Below are positions 36,013 through 46,205 of a stretch of 64,000 bases of DNA, one piece after another; position 1 is the stretch's first letter, and each line of letters starts with the position of its first letter. Made by a program: the position numbers and the translations under genes. Source of the DNA: Prosthecobacter sp. (GTDB taxonomy: Bacteria; Verrucomicrobiota; Verrucomicrobiia; Verrucomicrobiales; Verrucomicrobiaceae). The stretch covers positions 3,053 through 67,052 of the forward strand of contig JAUREI010000002.1 in NCBI GenBank assembly GCA_030827515.1, read 5' to 3'. The notes beneath the pieces were generated by a model. That model had not been told where the DNA came from. It saw nothing but the letters and a program-made list of their open reading frames with translations, and did no database searches.

Positions 36013-37395
36013 ATGCCCAAAGTCTACATCAAAACCTACGGCTGCCAGATGAACGAGCGCGACACCGAGCAGGTGTCGCAGATGTTCGTTGAGCGTGGCT
36101 ACACGATGACGCGCTCGGATGAGGAAGCGGACGTGGTGCTCATCAACACCTGCTCGGTGCGCGATCAGGCCGAGCAGAAGGCCCTGGGCAAGATGGGCAT
36201 GACCCGGCGGCGGCGCGTGCCGCTGGTCACCGGTTTCATGGGTTGCATGGCCCAGAGCCGCGGGCCGGAACTGGTCGAGACCGCCAAGGTCGATCTGGTT
36301 GTGGGCACCCAAAAATACCATCGCGTCGTCGACTACGTCGACCAGATCATCCGCGCCAAGGAGGAGCGTCAGATGGACGACGAGCGCTTCTCCATCGTCG
36401 ACGTCGAGGAGGAGGAGGCATCGCAAAATGCCATTCGGGACCACACCCTCCGGGAACGTCAGGGCAGCGCCTTTGTCAGCATCATGCAGGGCTGCAACAT
36501 GAAGTGCACCTTTTGCATCGTCCCCTACACCCGCGGCGGCGAGCGCGCCCGGCCGATTGCCGATATTGTCGAAGAGGTGCGGCGCTTGGCCGACCGCGGC
36601 GTCAAGGAGGTGACCCTGCTTGGCCAGATCGTCAATTTGTACGGCCGGCATGAATTTCCCCAAGTGAACGGCAAAAGTCCGTTCGTGCAGCTGCTGGAAG
36701 CCGTGCATGAGGTCGCCGGCATCCAGCGCATTCGCTTCACCAGCCCCCATCCGATCGGCTACAAGAAGGACCTGATCGAGGCCTTCACCTACCTGCCCAA
36801 GCTCGCCGAGCACGTCCACCTGCCAGTGCAGAGCGGCAGCGATGAGATTCTCAAGCGCATGCACCGGCCCTACACGGCGGCAAAGTTTGTCGATCTGGTG
36901 GGCAGAATCCGTGCCGCCAGGCCGGGCATTGCCATCAGCACCGACGTCATTGTCGGCTTCCCGGGGGAGACCGAGGCGCATTATCTGGAGACCCGCGCCC
37001 TGTTTGAGGAGGTGCGCTTCGACAACGCCTTCGTGTTCCGCTATTCGAAGCGCCGCGGAACCCCGGCGGCGGAGATGGAGGAGGCGCTGCAGGTGCCGGA
37101 ACGGGTCAAGGAGGAGCGCAACCAGGACCTTCTGGCCCTGGTCAATGCCCACGCCTTGCCGCGCTACGAGGAACTGGTCGGGCAAGCGGTCGAAATCCTC
37201 TGTGAAGGCCCCAGCAAGACCAACGAGGCCCGACTGATGGGACGGACGCGGACCAACAAAATCGTCGTCTTTGACGGCAATGCCACCCGTCACACCGGGG
37301 AAATCTTCGACGTGCGGGTGAGCAGTCATCACCACTTCACCCTCTATGCGGACCCGATTGTGTCCACCGGGGGCGGCTTGGGTGCGGGAAAGTAA
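36013..37395 (+). CDS. miaB: tRNA-2-methylthio-N6-dimethylallyladenosine synthase
   Basis: KTYGCQMNERD, NTCSVRDQAEQK, radical-SAM GCNMKCTFC, FTSPHP, HLPVQSGSD, STDVIVGFPGET, C-terminal TRAM domain. Confidence 0.96.
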   Translation: MPKVYIKTYGCQMNERDTEQVSQMFVERGYTMTRSDEEADVVLINTCSVRDQAEQKALGKMGMTRRRRVPLVTGFMGCMAQSRGPELVETAKVDLVVGTQKYHRVVDYVDQIIRAKEERQMDDERFSIVDVEEEEASQNAIRDHTLRERQGSAFVSIMQGCNMKCTFCIVPYTRGGERARPIADIVEEVRRLADRGVKEVTLLGQIVNLYGRHEFPQVNGKSPFVQLLEAVHEVAGIQRIRFTSPHPIGYKKDLIEAFTYLPKLAEHVHLPVQSGSDEILKRMHRPYTAAKFVDLVGRIRAARPGIAISTDVIVGFPGETEAHYLETRALFEEVRFDNAFVFRYSKRRGTPAAEMEEALQVPERVKEERNQDLLALVNAHALPRYEELVGQAVEILCEGPSKTNEARLMGRTRTNKIVVFDGNATRHTGEIFDVRVSSHHHFTLYADPIVSTGGGLGAGK

Positions 37396-37512
37396 GCCGG
37401 ATCTTCAGCCCAGGTTTCTGGCATTCTCCCTGCTTGCGCTTTTGCCTGAACGGTTCAAACTACCTGCCCCTCCGGCCGAACGGACGTCGTCCGGCAAGGG
37501 GGTTTTCGCCCC

Positions 37513-40500
37513 ATGAAATATCCTCATTACGACCAGGACATCCCCAACGAAGGCAGTCTGCATCTCATTGAGCATGAGAGGGATGCCTGTGGCGTCGGCT
37601 TTGTGGCCAACATTCACGGCAAACGCAGCCGCGAAATCCTGGACATGGCAATCTGCGGCGTCTGCAGCGTCCAGCATCGCGGGGCGGTGGACGCCGACCG
37701 AGTCACCGGTGATGGCGCCGGCGTGCTCACGCAGATTCCCTACGAGGTCTTGATGCCGGAGGTGGAAAAGCTGGGACACGCCCTCGATCACCCCCTCGAC
37801 CTGGCGGTTGGGGTTTTTTTCCTGCCGCACGACCCCATGGAGCAGATGCGCATCCACATGATGACGGAGAGCATCCTGCGCCTACGCAAGATTCCCGTCC
37901 TCGGCTGGCGCGACGTGCCGGTCAACCCCAACGAGTTGGGCGAAAAGGCCCGCCGCACGATGCCGCACATCCAGCACCTGTTCCTGGAGCGGCCCGAGGA
38001 CATGGGGGACAATGAGTTCGAGCGCACCCTCTATCTTGTGCGTCGTGAGTTGGCGATCAAGGCGCGCGAGCAGAAGATGACCAACTTCTATGTCGCCTCG
38101 ATGTCGCATCGCACCATCGTCTACAAGGCTTTGCTGCTTCCCTCGTCGCTGGAGAAATTCTACACCGACCTTCAGCAGGACGAGTATGACACCTCTCTGG
38201 CACTGTTCCATCAGCGCTTTTCGACCAACACCTTCCCGACTTGGGCGCTCAGCCATCCCTTCCGGATGCTGGCCCACAACGGCGAAATCAACACCGTGCG
38301 CGGCAACCGCAACTGGCTGGCCAGCCGCACAAGTGACTTCGAACACGAATTCTGGGCCAATGAGGAGCATCTGCTCAAGCGCCTGCTTGACGTCAATACC
38401 TCCGACTCCGCCAGCCTTGACCAGGCGCTGGAACTGCTGGTCCTGAGCGGTCGCAGCCTCACCCACGCCCTGGCCATGCTTGTGCCCGGTGCCTACGGCA
38501 TCGACCCGACCACTTCGCCGGAACTGAAGGCCTTCTACGAGTTCCATTCCTGCTTCAGCGAGCCCTGGGACGGTCCCGCCGCCCTGGTCATGACCGACGG
38601 TACCCGCGTCGCCGCCGGCCTTGACCGCAACGGCCTGCGCCCAAGCCGCTGGAAGCTCACCGAGGACGGCATTTTCGCCTTGGGTTCTGAAGTCGGCATC
38701 ATCCACCTCGATGACGCCAAGGTGATCCGCAAGGGCCGCCTCGCCCCCGGCGAGATCCTTGAAGTCGACACGCAAAAGGGTCACCTGCGCTTCAATGATG
38801 AGATCAAGGCCGAACTCGCCGCCCGCCAGCCCTATGGCGACTGGCTCAAGCACCGCACCCGCCTCAACGCCCAGGCACCAAATCCGCCGGATGGCGAGAT
38901 CGACATCCTGACCCTCTCCCAGCGACAGGCGGCCTTCGGCTGGACCAAGGAGGAACTGGACTTCTCGCTCGTGCCCATGCTGCAGAAGGGCGAGGAGAAC
39001 ATCTACTCCATGGGGGATGATGCCGCCCTCTCCGTTCTCTCGACCCGGCCGAGACTCCTGCCTAGCTACTTCAAGCAGGCGTTTGCCCAGGTCACCAATC
39101 CGCCGATCGACCCGATCCGCGAACGTGCGGTGATGAGCCTTGACGTCGTCCTAGGCTGGCAGCGCAACCTGCTCGACGAGACCCCAGATCATGCCAAGGT
39201 GGTTCACCTCGACAGTCCCTTTCTGTTTGAGAACGAGTTGGAGACGATCAAGAACCTGCCCGATTTCCCCTGCCGCACGCTGGACATCACCTGGCCGGTG
39301 AACGAGGGCCCGGCCGGTTTGAAGAATGCCGTGGTGCGACTTTGCCATGAGGCAGGCCGCGCCGTTCAGGACGAGGTGCGCATCCTGATTCTCTCGGACC
39401 GTGCCGTCGACTCGAATCGAGTCGCCATTCCCGCCCTGCTGGCGGTGGGGGCGGTGCACCAGCACCTCAATCGCAAGCAGGTGCGCATGCGCCTGAGCCT
39501 GGTGGTCGACACCGGCGAGGCGCGTGACACCCATCAGATGGCCACACTGTTCGGCTTTGGCGCCTCGGCCGTTTGTCCCTATCTGGCTTTCGAAACCGCC
39601 CGCGAGACGCTGGAGGCCGACAAGACGGCCAAGAAGCCTCGGCTTGAAGGCTGCGACTACGCCAAGGCGCTTGGCAACTACCGCAAGGCGCTTGAAAAAG
39701 GCGTGCTGAAGATCATGAGCAAGATGGGCATCTCGGTGCTCAGCAGCTACACCGGTGCGCAGATCTTTGAGGCCGTCGGCATCGGCAGGGATGTCATCGA
39801 CTTCTGCTTCAGTGGCACGCCTTCGCAGATTGGTGGCATCGGCTTCGCCGAGATTGCCGAGGAGGCCCTGGCCCGCCACGCGCTTGGCTTTGGTCAGCCT
39901 GTCCCGGATTCCGGCTCCGCCCCCGTGGACCTGGGCGATCCCGGGTTCTATCGCCCCCGCCAGAAGGGCGAAATGCACGCGGTCACCGGTCCGGTGATCA
40001 AGAACTTCCACACCTTTGTCAAGACGGGGGCCGCCGAGGACTACCAGAAGTATGTGGATGCCCAGCTGGAAAACACGCCGGTGGCGCTCAAGGATCTGCT
40101 GGAATTCGTGCCCAGCTCCGATGGGCCCATCCCCATCGACGAGGTTGAGCCGATCGAGGACATCCGTCAGCGCTTTACGACGGCCGCGATGTCGCTCGGC
40201 GCCATTTCGCCCGAGGCCCATGAGGCGCTCGCCATTGCCATGAACCGCATCGGGGGCAAGTCCGACTCCGGCGAGGGTGGCGAGGATCCGAAGCGTTTCC
40301 GGCCCTATGAAAACGGCGACTGGGCGAACTCGAAGATCAAGCAGGTGGCTTCCGGTCGTTTCGGGGTCACCGCCGAGTACCTGAGCAGCGCCTGGGAAAT
40401 CGAGATCAAGATGGCCCAGGGTGCCAAGCCCGGCGAGGGTGGGCAGCTGCCCGCGCACAAGGTCAACCGCATGATCGCCCGCCTGCGCAACACGACGCCG

Positions 40501-42087
40501 GGTGTCATGCTCATCAGCCCGCCGCCGCATCACGACATTTACTCGATCGAGGATCTGGCCCAGCTGATCCACGACCTGAAGGAGGTCAACCCGCGTGCCC
40601 GCGTCTGTGTCAAGCTGGTTGCAGAGGCCGGCGTCGGCACCATCGCCGCCGGCGTTGCCAAGGCCAACGCCGACATCATCCTGATTTCCGGCCACGACGG
40701 CGGCACGGGTGCCAGCCCGTTGTCCTCGATCAAGTATGCCGGCCTGCCCTGGGAGCTCGGCCTCGCCGAAACCCAGCAGGTGCTCATGCTCAACGGCCTG
40801 CGCGAGCGCGTCACGCTCCGCACCGACGGCGGCCTGCGCAACGGCCGTGACATCGCCATCGCCGCGATGCTGGGCGCCGAGGAGTACAACTTTGGCACCA
40901 TCGCCCTGATCGCCCTCGGCTGCGTTTACGTGCGCCAGTGCCACCTGAACAACTGCCCGGTGGGTGTCGCCACCACGGACCCGAAATTCCGCGCCAAATT
41001 CAAGGGCAAGCCCGAGCACGTGGTCAACTTCTTCAACGGCGTCGCCCAGGAGGTGCGCGAGATCATGGCCAAGCTTGGCGTCTCCCGCATGGATGACCTG
41101 ATCGGCCGCCCCGAGTTCTTGCGCCAGCGCCAGGTTCCGGGTCACAAAAAGGCGAACATGGTCGATCTCGGTCGTGTCCTCAAGGACGTCGGCAAGGAGC
41201 TTGGCCAGGATGCGCCGCGCATCTGCCTGATGAACCAGAATGACGGCCTCGACGCCCACCCGCTCGACGATCGCATCATTCAGAACGCCCAGTTCGCCAT
41301 TCGCGACAAGGCGAAGGTCATGCCGCTGCGTTACCAGATCAAGAACACCTTCCGCAACATCGGCACCAAGCTGAGCGGTGAAATCGCCTTCCATCACGGC
41401 AATCACGGGCTGCCGGCCGGCAGTGTCGATGTCACCTGCGAGGGCAGCGCCGGCCAGAGCTTCGGCACCTTCCTTTGCGGTGGCATCAAGCTCACCCTTG
41501 TTGGCGAGGCCAATGACTACGTCGGCAAGGGACTCTGCGGCGGAGAGATCATCATCAAGCCCAGTCCGAAGGCGCACCCGGATTTCAAGTCCTGGGAGAA
41601 CAGCATTCTCGGCAACACCGTCATGTATGGCGCCACCAGCGGTCGTTTGCACGCCGCCGGCCGCGCCGGCGAGCGCTTCTGCGTCCGCAACTCCGGCGCC
41701 ACCGCCGTCGTCGAGGGCATCGGTGACCACGGCTGCGAATACATGACCGGCGGGCTTGCCGTCGTGCTCGGCAGCTTTGGCAAGAACTTCGGGGCCGGCA
41801 TGAGCGGTGGTGTCGCCTACCTGCTCGACGAGAAGGGCATGTTCGGCCAGCTGCACAACCCGGAAATGATCCGGGGTGATGCCGTGACGGACCCCGAGGA
41901 CGTCAACCAGTTGCGCAAGCTGGTGGCCGACCATCTGGAACTCACCGACAGCGTGCGTGCCCGGGATATTCTGGACCGTTGGGACGAGTGGCTGCCGAAA
42001 TTCATCAAGGTCATCAGCAAGGCGGAACCGGTCCAGGTTCCGCTCGAGGAAGAACCCGCTGACGAACCCGTTCCGGCCAAGGCCTGA
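37513..42087 (+). CDS. gltB: Glutamate synthase large subunit
   Basis: ERDA|CGVGF, HQRFSTNT, HNGEINT, EPWDGPA, IKQVASGRFGV, AQGAKPGEGG, 3Fe-4S CVYVRQCHLNNCPVG, GXGXG-repeat C-terminal domain. Confidence 0.98.
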   Translation: MKYPHYDQDIPNEGSLHLIEHERDACGVGFVANIHGKRSREILDMAICGVCSVQHRGAVDADRVTGDGAGVLTQIPYEVLMPEVEKLGHALDHPLDLAVGVFFLPHDPMEQMRIHMMTESILRLRKIPVLGWRDVPVNPNELGEKARRTMPHIQHLFLERPEDMGDNEFERTLYLVRRELAIKAREQKMTNFYVASMSHRTIVYKALLLPSSLEKFYTDLQQDEYDTSLALFHQRFSTNTFPTWALSHPFRMLAHNGEINTVRGNRNWLASRTSDFEHEFWANEEHLLKRLLDVNTSDSASLDQALELLVLSGRSLTHALAMLVPGAYGIDPTTSPELKAFYEFHSCFSEPWDGPAALVMTDGTRVAAGLDRNGLRPSRWKLTEDGIFALGSEVGIIHLDDAKVIRKGRLAPGEILEVDTQKGHLRFNDEIKAELAARQPYGDWLKHRTRLNAQAPNPPDGEIDILTLSQRQAAFGWTKEELDFSLVPMLQKGEENIYSMGDDAALSVLSTRPRLLPSYFKQAFAQVTNPPIDPIRERAVMSLDVVLGWQRNLLDETPDHAKVVHLDSPFLFENELETIKNLPDFPCRTLDITWPVNEGPAGLKNAVVRLCHEAGRAVQDEVRILILSDRAVDSNRVAIPALLAVGAVHQHLNRKQVRMRLSLVVDTGEARDTHQMATLFGFGASAVCPYLAFETARETLEADKTAKKPRLEGCDYAKALGNYRKALEKGVLKIMSKMGISVLSSYTGAQIFEAVGIGRDVIDFCFSGTPSQIGGIGFAEIAEEALARHALGFGQPVPDSGSAPVDLGDPGFYRPRQKGEMHAVTGPVIKNFHTFVKTGAAEDYQKYVDAQLENTPVALKDLLEFVPSSDGPIPIDEVEPIEDIRQRFTTAAMSLGAISPEAHEALAIAMNRIGGKSDSGEGGEDPKRFRPYENGDWANSKIKQVASGRFGVTAEYLSSAWEIEIKMAQGAKPGEGGQLPAHKVNRMIARLRNTTPGVMLISPPPHHDIYSIEDLAQLIHDLKEVNPRARVCVKLVAEAGVGTIAAGVAKANADIILISGHDGGTGASPLSSIKYAGLPWELGLAETQQVLMLNGLRERVTLRTDGGLRNGRDIAIAAMLGAEEYNFGTIALIALGCVYVRQCHLNNCPVGVATTDPKFRAKFKGKPEHVVNFFNGVAQEVREIMAKLGVSRMDDLIGRPEFLRQRQVPGHKKANMVDLGRVLKDVGKELGQDAPRICLMNQNDGLDAHPLDDRIIQNAQFAIRDKAKVMPLRYQIKNTFRNIGTKLSGEIAFHHGNHGLPAGSVDVTCEGSAGQSFGTFLCGGIKLTLVGEANDYVGKGLCGGEIIIKPSPKAHPDFKSWENSILGNTVMYGATSGRLHAAGRAGERFCVRNSGATAVVEGIGDHGCEYMTGGLAVVLGSFGKNFGAGMSGGVAYLLDEKGMFGQLHNPEMIRGDAVTDPEDVNQLRKLVADHLELTDSVRARDILDRWDEWLPKFIKVISKAEPVQVPLEEEPADEPVPAKA

Positions 42088-42102
42088 CGTATTGTCTTCC
42101 AC

Positions 42103-42133
42103 ACCCCCGGTTCCGATGGAGCCGGGGGTTTTT
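42103..42133 (+). terminator. Intrinsic terminator of gltB
   Basis: ACCCCCGGTTCC-GAT-GGAGCCGGGGGT followed by further Ts. Confidence 0.8.
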
Positions 42134-42140
42134 CTTGGAA

Positions 42141-43184
42141 TCAGGTTGTGACCGGCTGGGTCAGTGCCGTAAAGCCACAGAACACGTTCGAGTCGGCGGG
42201 GGGCGTCTCGGGCAGCGGCATGTCGTGATCCAGAAAGTGCCGGCAAACGCTGTCGAACTCATTCGGCGTGTTCACGCGGCGGATTTGATGATCGAAGTCG
42301 CGGTCGGTGCCGGCGGCGATGAATCCCAGGTAGCGTTTCATTTTCTGCACATGCTTGGCGGGATCGAAGCTGCGCTGGAAAGCAGCGGTCAGTTCGTAGA
42401 GAGCCTGGATGTAAGCAAGCAGGTCTCGGCCGCAGGGCGCTGGGACCGGCCGGTTTTCCCAGACGGCGCGCAGACGATCGAAGATCCAGGGATGGCGGAT
42501 GGCACCGCGTCCGATCATCAGTCCTGCGGCACCGCTCTGCCGCAGGAAGGCAAGGCCGGTGGCGGTGTCGACGACATTGCCATTGGCAATGACCGGGCAG
42601 GGCAGGGTGGCGACCGCTGCGGCTACGCATTCCGGATGAACGGCTGTCCGATAGCCCTCGCGCACGGTGCGCGCATGAATGGTCAGACCGTCGAGGGGGT
42701 GGCGCTGGAAGATCTCCAGCAGCCGTGGAAACTCGTCCTGGCTGTCAAAGCCAACGCGGCATTTGACGGTGAAACGGCCCCGCACGGCCGCCCGCAGGGC
42801 GCCCAGCAGGGCATCGACCCTTTCCGGGTGTCGCAGCAGTCCGCCGCCGGCCTCCTTGCGACAGACGATCGGTGCGGGACAACCGAGATTGAGGTCGATT
42901 CCAGCCACGGGATGTCGGTCCTCCAGCGCCCGAGTCGTGCGAACGAGGGCGGCGGCATCCTGACCGATGAGCTGGGCAATCACCGGGCGTCCCGTGTCGT
43001 TTTCGGCAATGGATCGCAGGATGGTCGGCTCGGGCTTGGAATCGGCGGTGACTCGGAAATACTCCGTGACGAACACATCCGGCCCGCCGTGGCGGGCCAT
43101 GAGCCGAAAAAAGGGCAGGTCCGTCACGTCCTGCATCGGAGCCAGCACCAGCCCCGGCCGGTGGCTGGGCAACAGATCGCGCAC
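42141..43184 (-). CDS. tRNA-dihydrouridine synthase (Dus) family protein
   Basis: LAPMQDVTD, IAQLIG, DLNLGCP, GGGLL, TVKCRVG, TIHART, IANGNV, MIGRGA. The start (GTG 43184) is uncertain. Confidence 0.9.
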   Translation of the reverse strand: MRDLLPSHRPGLVLAPMQDVTDLPFFRLMARHGGPDVFVTEYFRVTADSKPEPTILRSIAENDTGRPVIAQLIGQDAAALVRTTRALEDRHPVAGIDLNLGCPAPIVCRKEAGGGLLRHPERVDALLGALRAAVRGRFTVKCRVGFDSQDEFPRLLEIFQRHPLDGLTIHARTVREGYRTAVHPECVAAAVATLPCPVIANGNVVDTATGLAFLRQSGAAGLMIGRGAIRHPWIFDRLRAVWENRPVPAPCGRDLLAYIQALYELTAAFQRSFDPAKHVQKMKRYLGFIAAGTDRDFDHQIRRVNTPNEFDSVCRHFLDHDMPLPETPPADSNVFCGFTALTQPVTT

Positions 43185-43315
43185 GGGTTTCCGATAAGGG
43201 CAAAAGCGCGCGGTGCAACCGGGCGTTGGACTCACGGAGTGTCTCTTTGCAAGCATTCGCCTACCCGGGCTTGCCCTGTCCCTGCGCCTGCGCTAAGCAA
43301 GCCCGCTCTTTCCTC

Positions 43316-44605
43316 ATGCGTCTCCTTCACCTCACTCCCGGCACCGGCACCTTCCACTGCGGGAGTTGCCTGCGAGACAATGCCCTGATCAAGGCGTTGC
43401 GGGTGCGGGGTCATGACGCCCAGATGGCACCCCTCTATCTTCCGCTGGTGACCGACCGTGAGGCCGCGAGTCCAGAGATTCCTGTTCAGGTCGGCGGCCT
43501 GTCCCTTTACCTGCAGCAAAAGATGCCTTGGACGCGCCTGCTGCCCAGGGCCTTTCATTGCTGGCTGAACAAGCCCGAGCGTCTGCGCTCGGCCGCCCGT
43601 TTGATGGGCATGACACGCGCCCGCGATCTTGGTGAAATGACCCTGGGCGCCCTGATCGGCGAACAGGGACCGCAGTGGCCCGAGTGGAAGCGCCTCCTCG
43701 AGTGGATTCGCGCGGAATCCCGCCCGGAAGTTGTCTCGCTTTCCAACAGCCTGCTCATGGGGCTTTGCCCGGCCTTGGAGAGGGACTTGGGAATGCCGGT
43801 GGTTGTTTCCCTGCAGGGCGAGGACGCCTTTCTTGACACCCTCATTGAACCCTATCGCACCCTCGCATGGGAGGCGATGCGTGCCAATGCCCGGCATGTC
43901 ACGCGTTTTGTCGCCCCGAGCCGCTACTATGCCGAGGTCATGCGCGAGCGGCTCGGTGTCGGTGAGGAGAAGATGGAGGTCGTTCACAACGGCATCGACA
44001 GCAATTCCTTCGGCACGGCCGAGCCGGACCCCAACTGGCCGGTGATCGGCTATTTTGCCCGCATGATCCACGGCAAGGGATTGACCACCCTGGTCGACGC
44101 CTTCATTGAACTGTGCCGACGGGGCAGTGTGCCGCGACTGAAGCTCAAGATTGGCGGCGCGAAGACGCCGGCCGACGACAAGTACGTCGATGGTCTGTGC
44201 AAGAAACTGCGCCTTGCAGGCTGCGAGACGCGGGTGGAGTGGCACCCGAACCTGAACTTCGCGGACAAGGTGAAGTTCTTCCGCAATCTTACCGTCCTGT
44301 CCGTGCCGGCCACGTATGGGGAAGCCTTTGGCCTCTACCTGCTGGAAGCCATGGCCAGTGGCGTGCCGGTGGTGCAGCCCGAGCACGGGGCTTTCCCGGA
44401 AATCCTCCAACTTGCCGGCAGTGGCCTGCTCTGCCAGCCTGACGATGCGGGCGCGCTTGCCAATTCGCTGGAGACGCTGCTGCTCGACGATTACCAGAGG
44501 GAGCAGATGATCAATCGCGGCCTGCAGGGGGTGCGCACCGAGTTCAGTGTCTCCCGCATGGCGGAGCGCTTTGATGCAGTTCTAGCCTCGCTTCGCCCGG
44601 CCTAG
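43316..44605 (+). CDS. Glycosyltransferase family 4 with N-terminal CGSC motif
   Basis: HLTPGTGTFHCGSCLRD, VVHNGID, IGYFARMIHGKG, GEAFGLYLLEAMASGVPVV..EHGAFPE. Confidence 0.92.
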   Translation: MRLLHLTPGTGTFHCGSCLRDNALIKALRVRGHDAQMAPLYLPLVTDREAASPEIPVQVGGLSLYLQQKMPWTRLLPRAFHCWLNKPERLRSAARLMGMTRARDLGEMTLGALIGEQGPQWPEWKRLLEWIRAESRPEVVSLSNSLLMGLCPALERDLGMPVVVSLQGEDAFLDTLIEPYRTLAWEAMRANARHVTRFVAPSRYYAEVMRERLGVGEEKMEVVHNGIDSNSFGTAEPDPNWPVIGYFARMIHGKGLTTLVDAFIELCRRGSVPRLKLKIGGAKTPADDKYVDGLCKKLRLAGCETRVEWHPNLNFADKVKFFRNLTVLSVPATYGEAFGLYLLEAMASGVPVVQPEHGAFPEILQLAGSGLLCQPDDAGALANSLETLLLDDYQREQMINRGLQGVRTEFSVSRMAERFDAVLASLRPA

Positions 44606-45495
44606 CGCTGGTAGACGATGGCGTCCATGGATTGTTCCAGGGCGAGATCCCGAAGGATCGGCTCGAGTTCGGGCAGGGCGGCGGCGGCTCGAACCTGCGG
44701 CAGGTGCATGAGGCCGGCAAAATCCTGGCGTTCAATGGCCTGTCGCACCTTGGCATCCCTGCCCAGGGCGACGATGTCCGGATGATTGAGGGCTTGGGCG
44801 GTCTGTGGCCCGCGCTCGGCCAGTTCCTGCCAGACCCGCCCGTCCGGCCAGAGAATGAGTAGCCTGGCGAGGTTGGCGCGTGCGCGCAGGTCATAGGGAT
44901 CCAGGCGTGAGGCGACCCGGCCAAGGCTGCTGTGGTCGACTTGCTGGCTGATCTGATGAATCCAGGCGGTCAGGCGTCCACTGATCTGTTCGCCCTGTTG
45001 CTGGGCTTCGGCGGCATTCTCCATGCCGAAGAGTCCCCCCATGACGCGCAGCAGCAAGGCACCGGCCCAGAGCAGGAATCCCGAAGGGATGAGGCTGACC
45101 AGTCCGCCTTTCCAACCCGACAGTCCGCCGAGCAGGCTGAGCAGGCCGAATCCGGCAAGCAGGTGAACGAGACTGCGGCAGATGAGGTAAGTGAGCAGGC
45201 CGGCTGCCACGGAAAGCAACAGCAGGCGGTCGCTGCTCATGCCGGCACCGAGGGTGCCAAAGACCTCGGCACGGTGCTGAAAGACATACATGCCGGCCGT
45301 GACCGAAATCCCGAGATTGATCATCGCCAGGATCTGGCGCATGACGCCGCGCGCCATGGCCATGCCCGCCAGGAAGGCGACCAGCGCCGCACCGCCCGCC
45401 GTCACGTAAGTGCCGGCCGGCGCTCGCTGCAGGCTTTCCAGCAGGCTGCTGAAGTCAGGCGGGTTCAAGGAGAGGCGGGATGGATCGCCTGCCAT
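44602..45495 (-). CDS. Hypothetical membrane protein (CvpA-like N-terminus)
   Basis: Four or five hydrophobic helices (LVAFLAGMAMARGVMRQIL...) and a soluble C-terminal region. The stop codon shares CTAG with the GT4 gene. Confidence 0.6.
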   Translation of the reverse strand: MAGDPSRLSLNPPDFSSLLESLQRAPAGTYVTAGGAALVAFLAGMAMARGVMRQILAMINLGISVTAGMYVFQHRAEVFGTLGAGMSSDRLLLLSVAAGLLTYLICRSLVHLLAGFGLLSLLGGLSGWKGGLVSLIPSGFLLWAGALLLRVMGGLFGMENAAEAQQQGEQISGRLTAWIHQISQQVDHSSLGRVASRLDPYDLRARANLARLLILWPDGRVWQELAERGPQTAQALNHPDIVALGRDAKVRQAIERQDFAGLMHLPQVRAAAALPELEPILRDLALEQSMDAIVYQR

Positions 45496-45577
45496 GAAAC
45501 GCCCGAACTCAGCCGCCCGCAAGCCCCATTGTCTCCTGCGGCTTGCCGTGCGCGCACAGCGACGGCATGATGCTGCC

Positions 45578-46195
45578 ATGCGCCGCTATGCTGTTCACCG
45601 CTGTCCTCCGGGAATTGTCTCATGGGAACTGGCCCCGGTGCTGCGCGACTTCGGCTTTCCGTGGGAGAACCGTCCCGCCCCCGCCACGGAGTTTTGCGCC
45701 CTGCACGACGGCACGCAGGTGCATTTTCGGTTCGACTGCGCCGACGAGGACCTCGTCCTGGCGGAGGGGGACGCTCGTGAGCGGGTTCTGGGCTCCGATC
45801 GTGTGGAGCTGTTCTTTGCCGCCGACGCGCGGCTGGACCCCTATCATTGCTTCGAGATGGAGCCGCGCGGCGGCGTACTCGCCTATCGGGGGCGTTTTTA
45901 CCGCCGGTTTGACTGGAACTGGCAGGGGCCGGATTTGCACGTGCAGTGCAGCGTGGGCGACGGTCGCTACCAGGTTTGCGGACGCCTGCCGCTGGAAGTC
46001 CTGCGTGGCTGGGATGTGCTGCGTCCGGGGTCGAACGAAGTCCTTGCGGGGGTGCATCGAGCCGAATTCTCACATCGCCCGGATGGCAGCGTGCAACCCG
46101 GCTGGATGACTTGGGTGGATCCGCAGACGGAGCGCCCCGACTTTCATGTGCCTTCGGCCTTCGGGCTGTGGGTGCTTGAAGGCTTGGAAGGCTGA
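45578..46195 (+). CDS. CBM9-like/DOMON sugar-binding domain protein
   Basis: LRDFGFPW, ALHDGTQVHFRF, SDRVELFF, YHCFEMEP, WVDPQTERPDFHVPSAFG. Confidence 0.75.
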   Translation: MRRYAVHRCPPGIVSWELAPVLRDFGFPWENRPAPATEFCALHDGTQVHFRFDCADEDLVLAEGDARERVLGSDRVELFFAADARLDPYHCFEMEPRGGVLAYRGRFYRRFDWNWQGPDLHVQCSVGDGRYQVCGRLPLEVLRGWDVLRPGSNEVLAGVHRAEFSHRPDGSVQPGWMTWVDPQTERPDFHVPSAFGLWVLEGLEG

Positions 46196-46205
46196 AAGTT
46201 GCCGG

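Noticed and set aside
33745-37395. 1196-aa (minus) and 1179-aa (plus) ORFs suggesting giant fusions or overlapping genes
   Set aside because: Each is one real gene (the glycosidase or miaB) extended through the antisense of the other. The real starts are 35919 and 36013, with a divergent gap between them.
37396-37512. Glutamine (glnA / downstream-peptide) riboswitch before gltB
   Set aside because: Lacks the CGUUC...GAACG P1 stem and E-loop pattern. Kept only as a generic hairpin.
39151-42246. 1031-aa minus ORF
   Set aside because: Antisense shadow of gltB.
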